A stretch of 64,000 nucleotides of DNA, taken from NCBI GenBank assembly GCA_964252035.1, contig OZ176213.1. The stretch is one strand, 5' to 3'. How positions within the stretch are numbered: the first letter of the stretch is position 1; the number at the start of each line of letters is the position of its first letter. Shown here in pieces: positions 62,870 through 64,000 of this stretch. A program made the position numbers and the translations under genes. A model generated the notes under the pieces. The model had not been told where the DNA came from and ran no database searches. It saw nothing but the letters and a program-made list of their open reading frames with translations. Source of the DNA: Podarcis erhardii. Taxonomy: Eukaryota.

Positions 62870-63225
62870 GCGGAAACTGCTCCACCCCCTTCGTCATATA
62901 CCTGAAGGAGCATCTCCACCCTCATCGTTCAGCCCAGACAGTGAGATCCAGCTCCGAGGGCCTTCTGGTGGTTCCCTCACTGCGAGAAGTGAGGTTACAG
63001 TGAACCAGGCAGAGGGCCTTCTTGGTAGTGGCACCCACCCTGTGGAACACCCTCCCACCAGATGTCAAGAAAATAAACAACTATCTGCTTTTCAGAAGAC
63101 GTCTGAAGGCAGCCCTGTTTAGGGAAGTTTTTAATGTTTGATGTTCTATTATGCTTTTAATAATGTTGGGAGCCGCCCAGAGTGGCTGGGGAAACCCAGC
63201 CAGATGGGCGAGGTATAAATAATAA
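62870..63225 (+). mobile_element. L2-type LINE 3' end
   Basis: Homologous to the reverse complement of 745-1250 and ends in gtataaataataaa. Confidence 0.7.
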
Positions 63226-63470
63226 AATCACTTTTAAGGATAAAGAGATACAACAAATACAATAACATCATGAAACACCCCAATAAAAATTGTGACCCTC
63301 CCTCCCTTCTCTTCCCCAAAGCGTTATGCTTTTACAGAGAGATGGCTGAAGATTGTAAAGACATTACCAGTCAGCTTTCACAGTCTGACCGTCATATACT
63401 TAACCCTCGAATGTCCGCCAAAGGGAGTCATATATTCAATAATAACTCCAGTCTCATACATGTATTAATT
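63225..63470 (-). mobile_element. Degraded L1 3'-end fragment
   Basis: YDSLWRTFEG-like ORF2 terminus followed by a GT/T-rich UTR ending in AATAAA-like sequence. Boundaries are approximate. Confidence 0.45.
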
Positions 63471-63479
63471 TTAGCTGTA

Positions 63480-63688
63480 CAGTGGTACCTTGAGTTACAT
63501 ACACTTCAGGTTACAGACTCTGCTAACCCAGAAATAGTACCTCGGGTTAAGAACTTTGCTTCAGGATGAGAACAGAAATCGCACAGCAGTGGCGCAGCGG
63601 CAGCAGGAGGCCTCATTCGCTAAAGTGGTGCTTCAGGTTAAGAACTGACCTCCAGTACGAATTAAGTTCTTAACCTGAGTTACCACTG
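63480..63688. mobile_element. Tc1/mariner-type MITE
   Basis: TA|CAGTGGTACCTTGAGTTA...GAGTTACCACTG|TA. Confidence 0.8.
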
Positions 63689-63868
63689 TAATTCAATATC
63701 CTTGTAGATCTTTAATATTACAGAGGGCTACAGCCAATGGCTCTAAACATATAGCAAATAATTGTGGGGAAGGAGATGGGGGCATCCCTCTTTAGCCCTG
63801 CTCATGAGTCTCACAGAATTATAGGAATTAGTGTGAACCGGTGCATAATTTTCCTTATATAGAACCTT

Positions 63869-64000
63869 AAAGGTAAATGTAAAGGTACCCCTGACCGTTA
63901 GGTCCAGTCACGGACGACTCTGGGGTTGCGCACTCATTTTGCTCTATAAGCCAAGGGAGCCGGCGTTTGTCTGCAAACAGCTTCCGCATGACTAAGCTGC
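63869..64000 (-). mobile_element. Sauria SINE 3' part, cut by the window edge
   Basis: aaggtaaatgtaaaggtacccctgaccgttaggtccagtc matches the tail of the other copies. Confidence 0.8.

Overview
This is vertebrate genomic DNA from a squamate reptile, probably a lacertid lizard; the taxon is inferred from Sauria SINE, BovB and other squamate repeats. The window holds two host genes in tail-to-tail orientation. DET1 (+ strand) is complete, with coding exons at 17743-18825, 24251-24441, 28716-28907 and 40795-40984 (551 aa) and a CpG-island promoter at about 15.0-15.95 kb. MRPS11 (- strand) contributes its last three coding exons (62633-62762, 58877-58942, 56522-56629). DET1's last intron carries a full-length 6.7-kb L1-clade LINE in antisense orientation, with two intact ORFs, a poly(A) tail and a perfect 16-bp target-site duplication (TSD). 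The rest is dense in SINEs, truncated LINEs, Tc1/mariner and hAT MITEs, and microsatellites. The most notable observations are: (1) an apparent 991-nt spliceosomal intron in the L1 5' UTR; (2) a cluster of RFX X-box motifs upstream of DET1, next to an upstream ATG exon that would splice in frame to extend DET1's N-terminus; (3) a competing out-of-frame uORF from a second first exon; (4) two truncated L1 copies ending in different microsatellites instead of poly(A). I found no CRISPR arrays, rRNA or bona fide tRNA genes. All homology calls come from recall and manual reading, not database searches.
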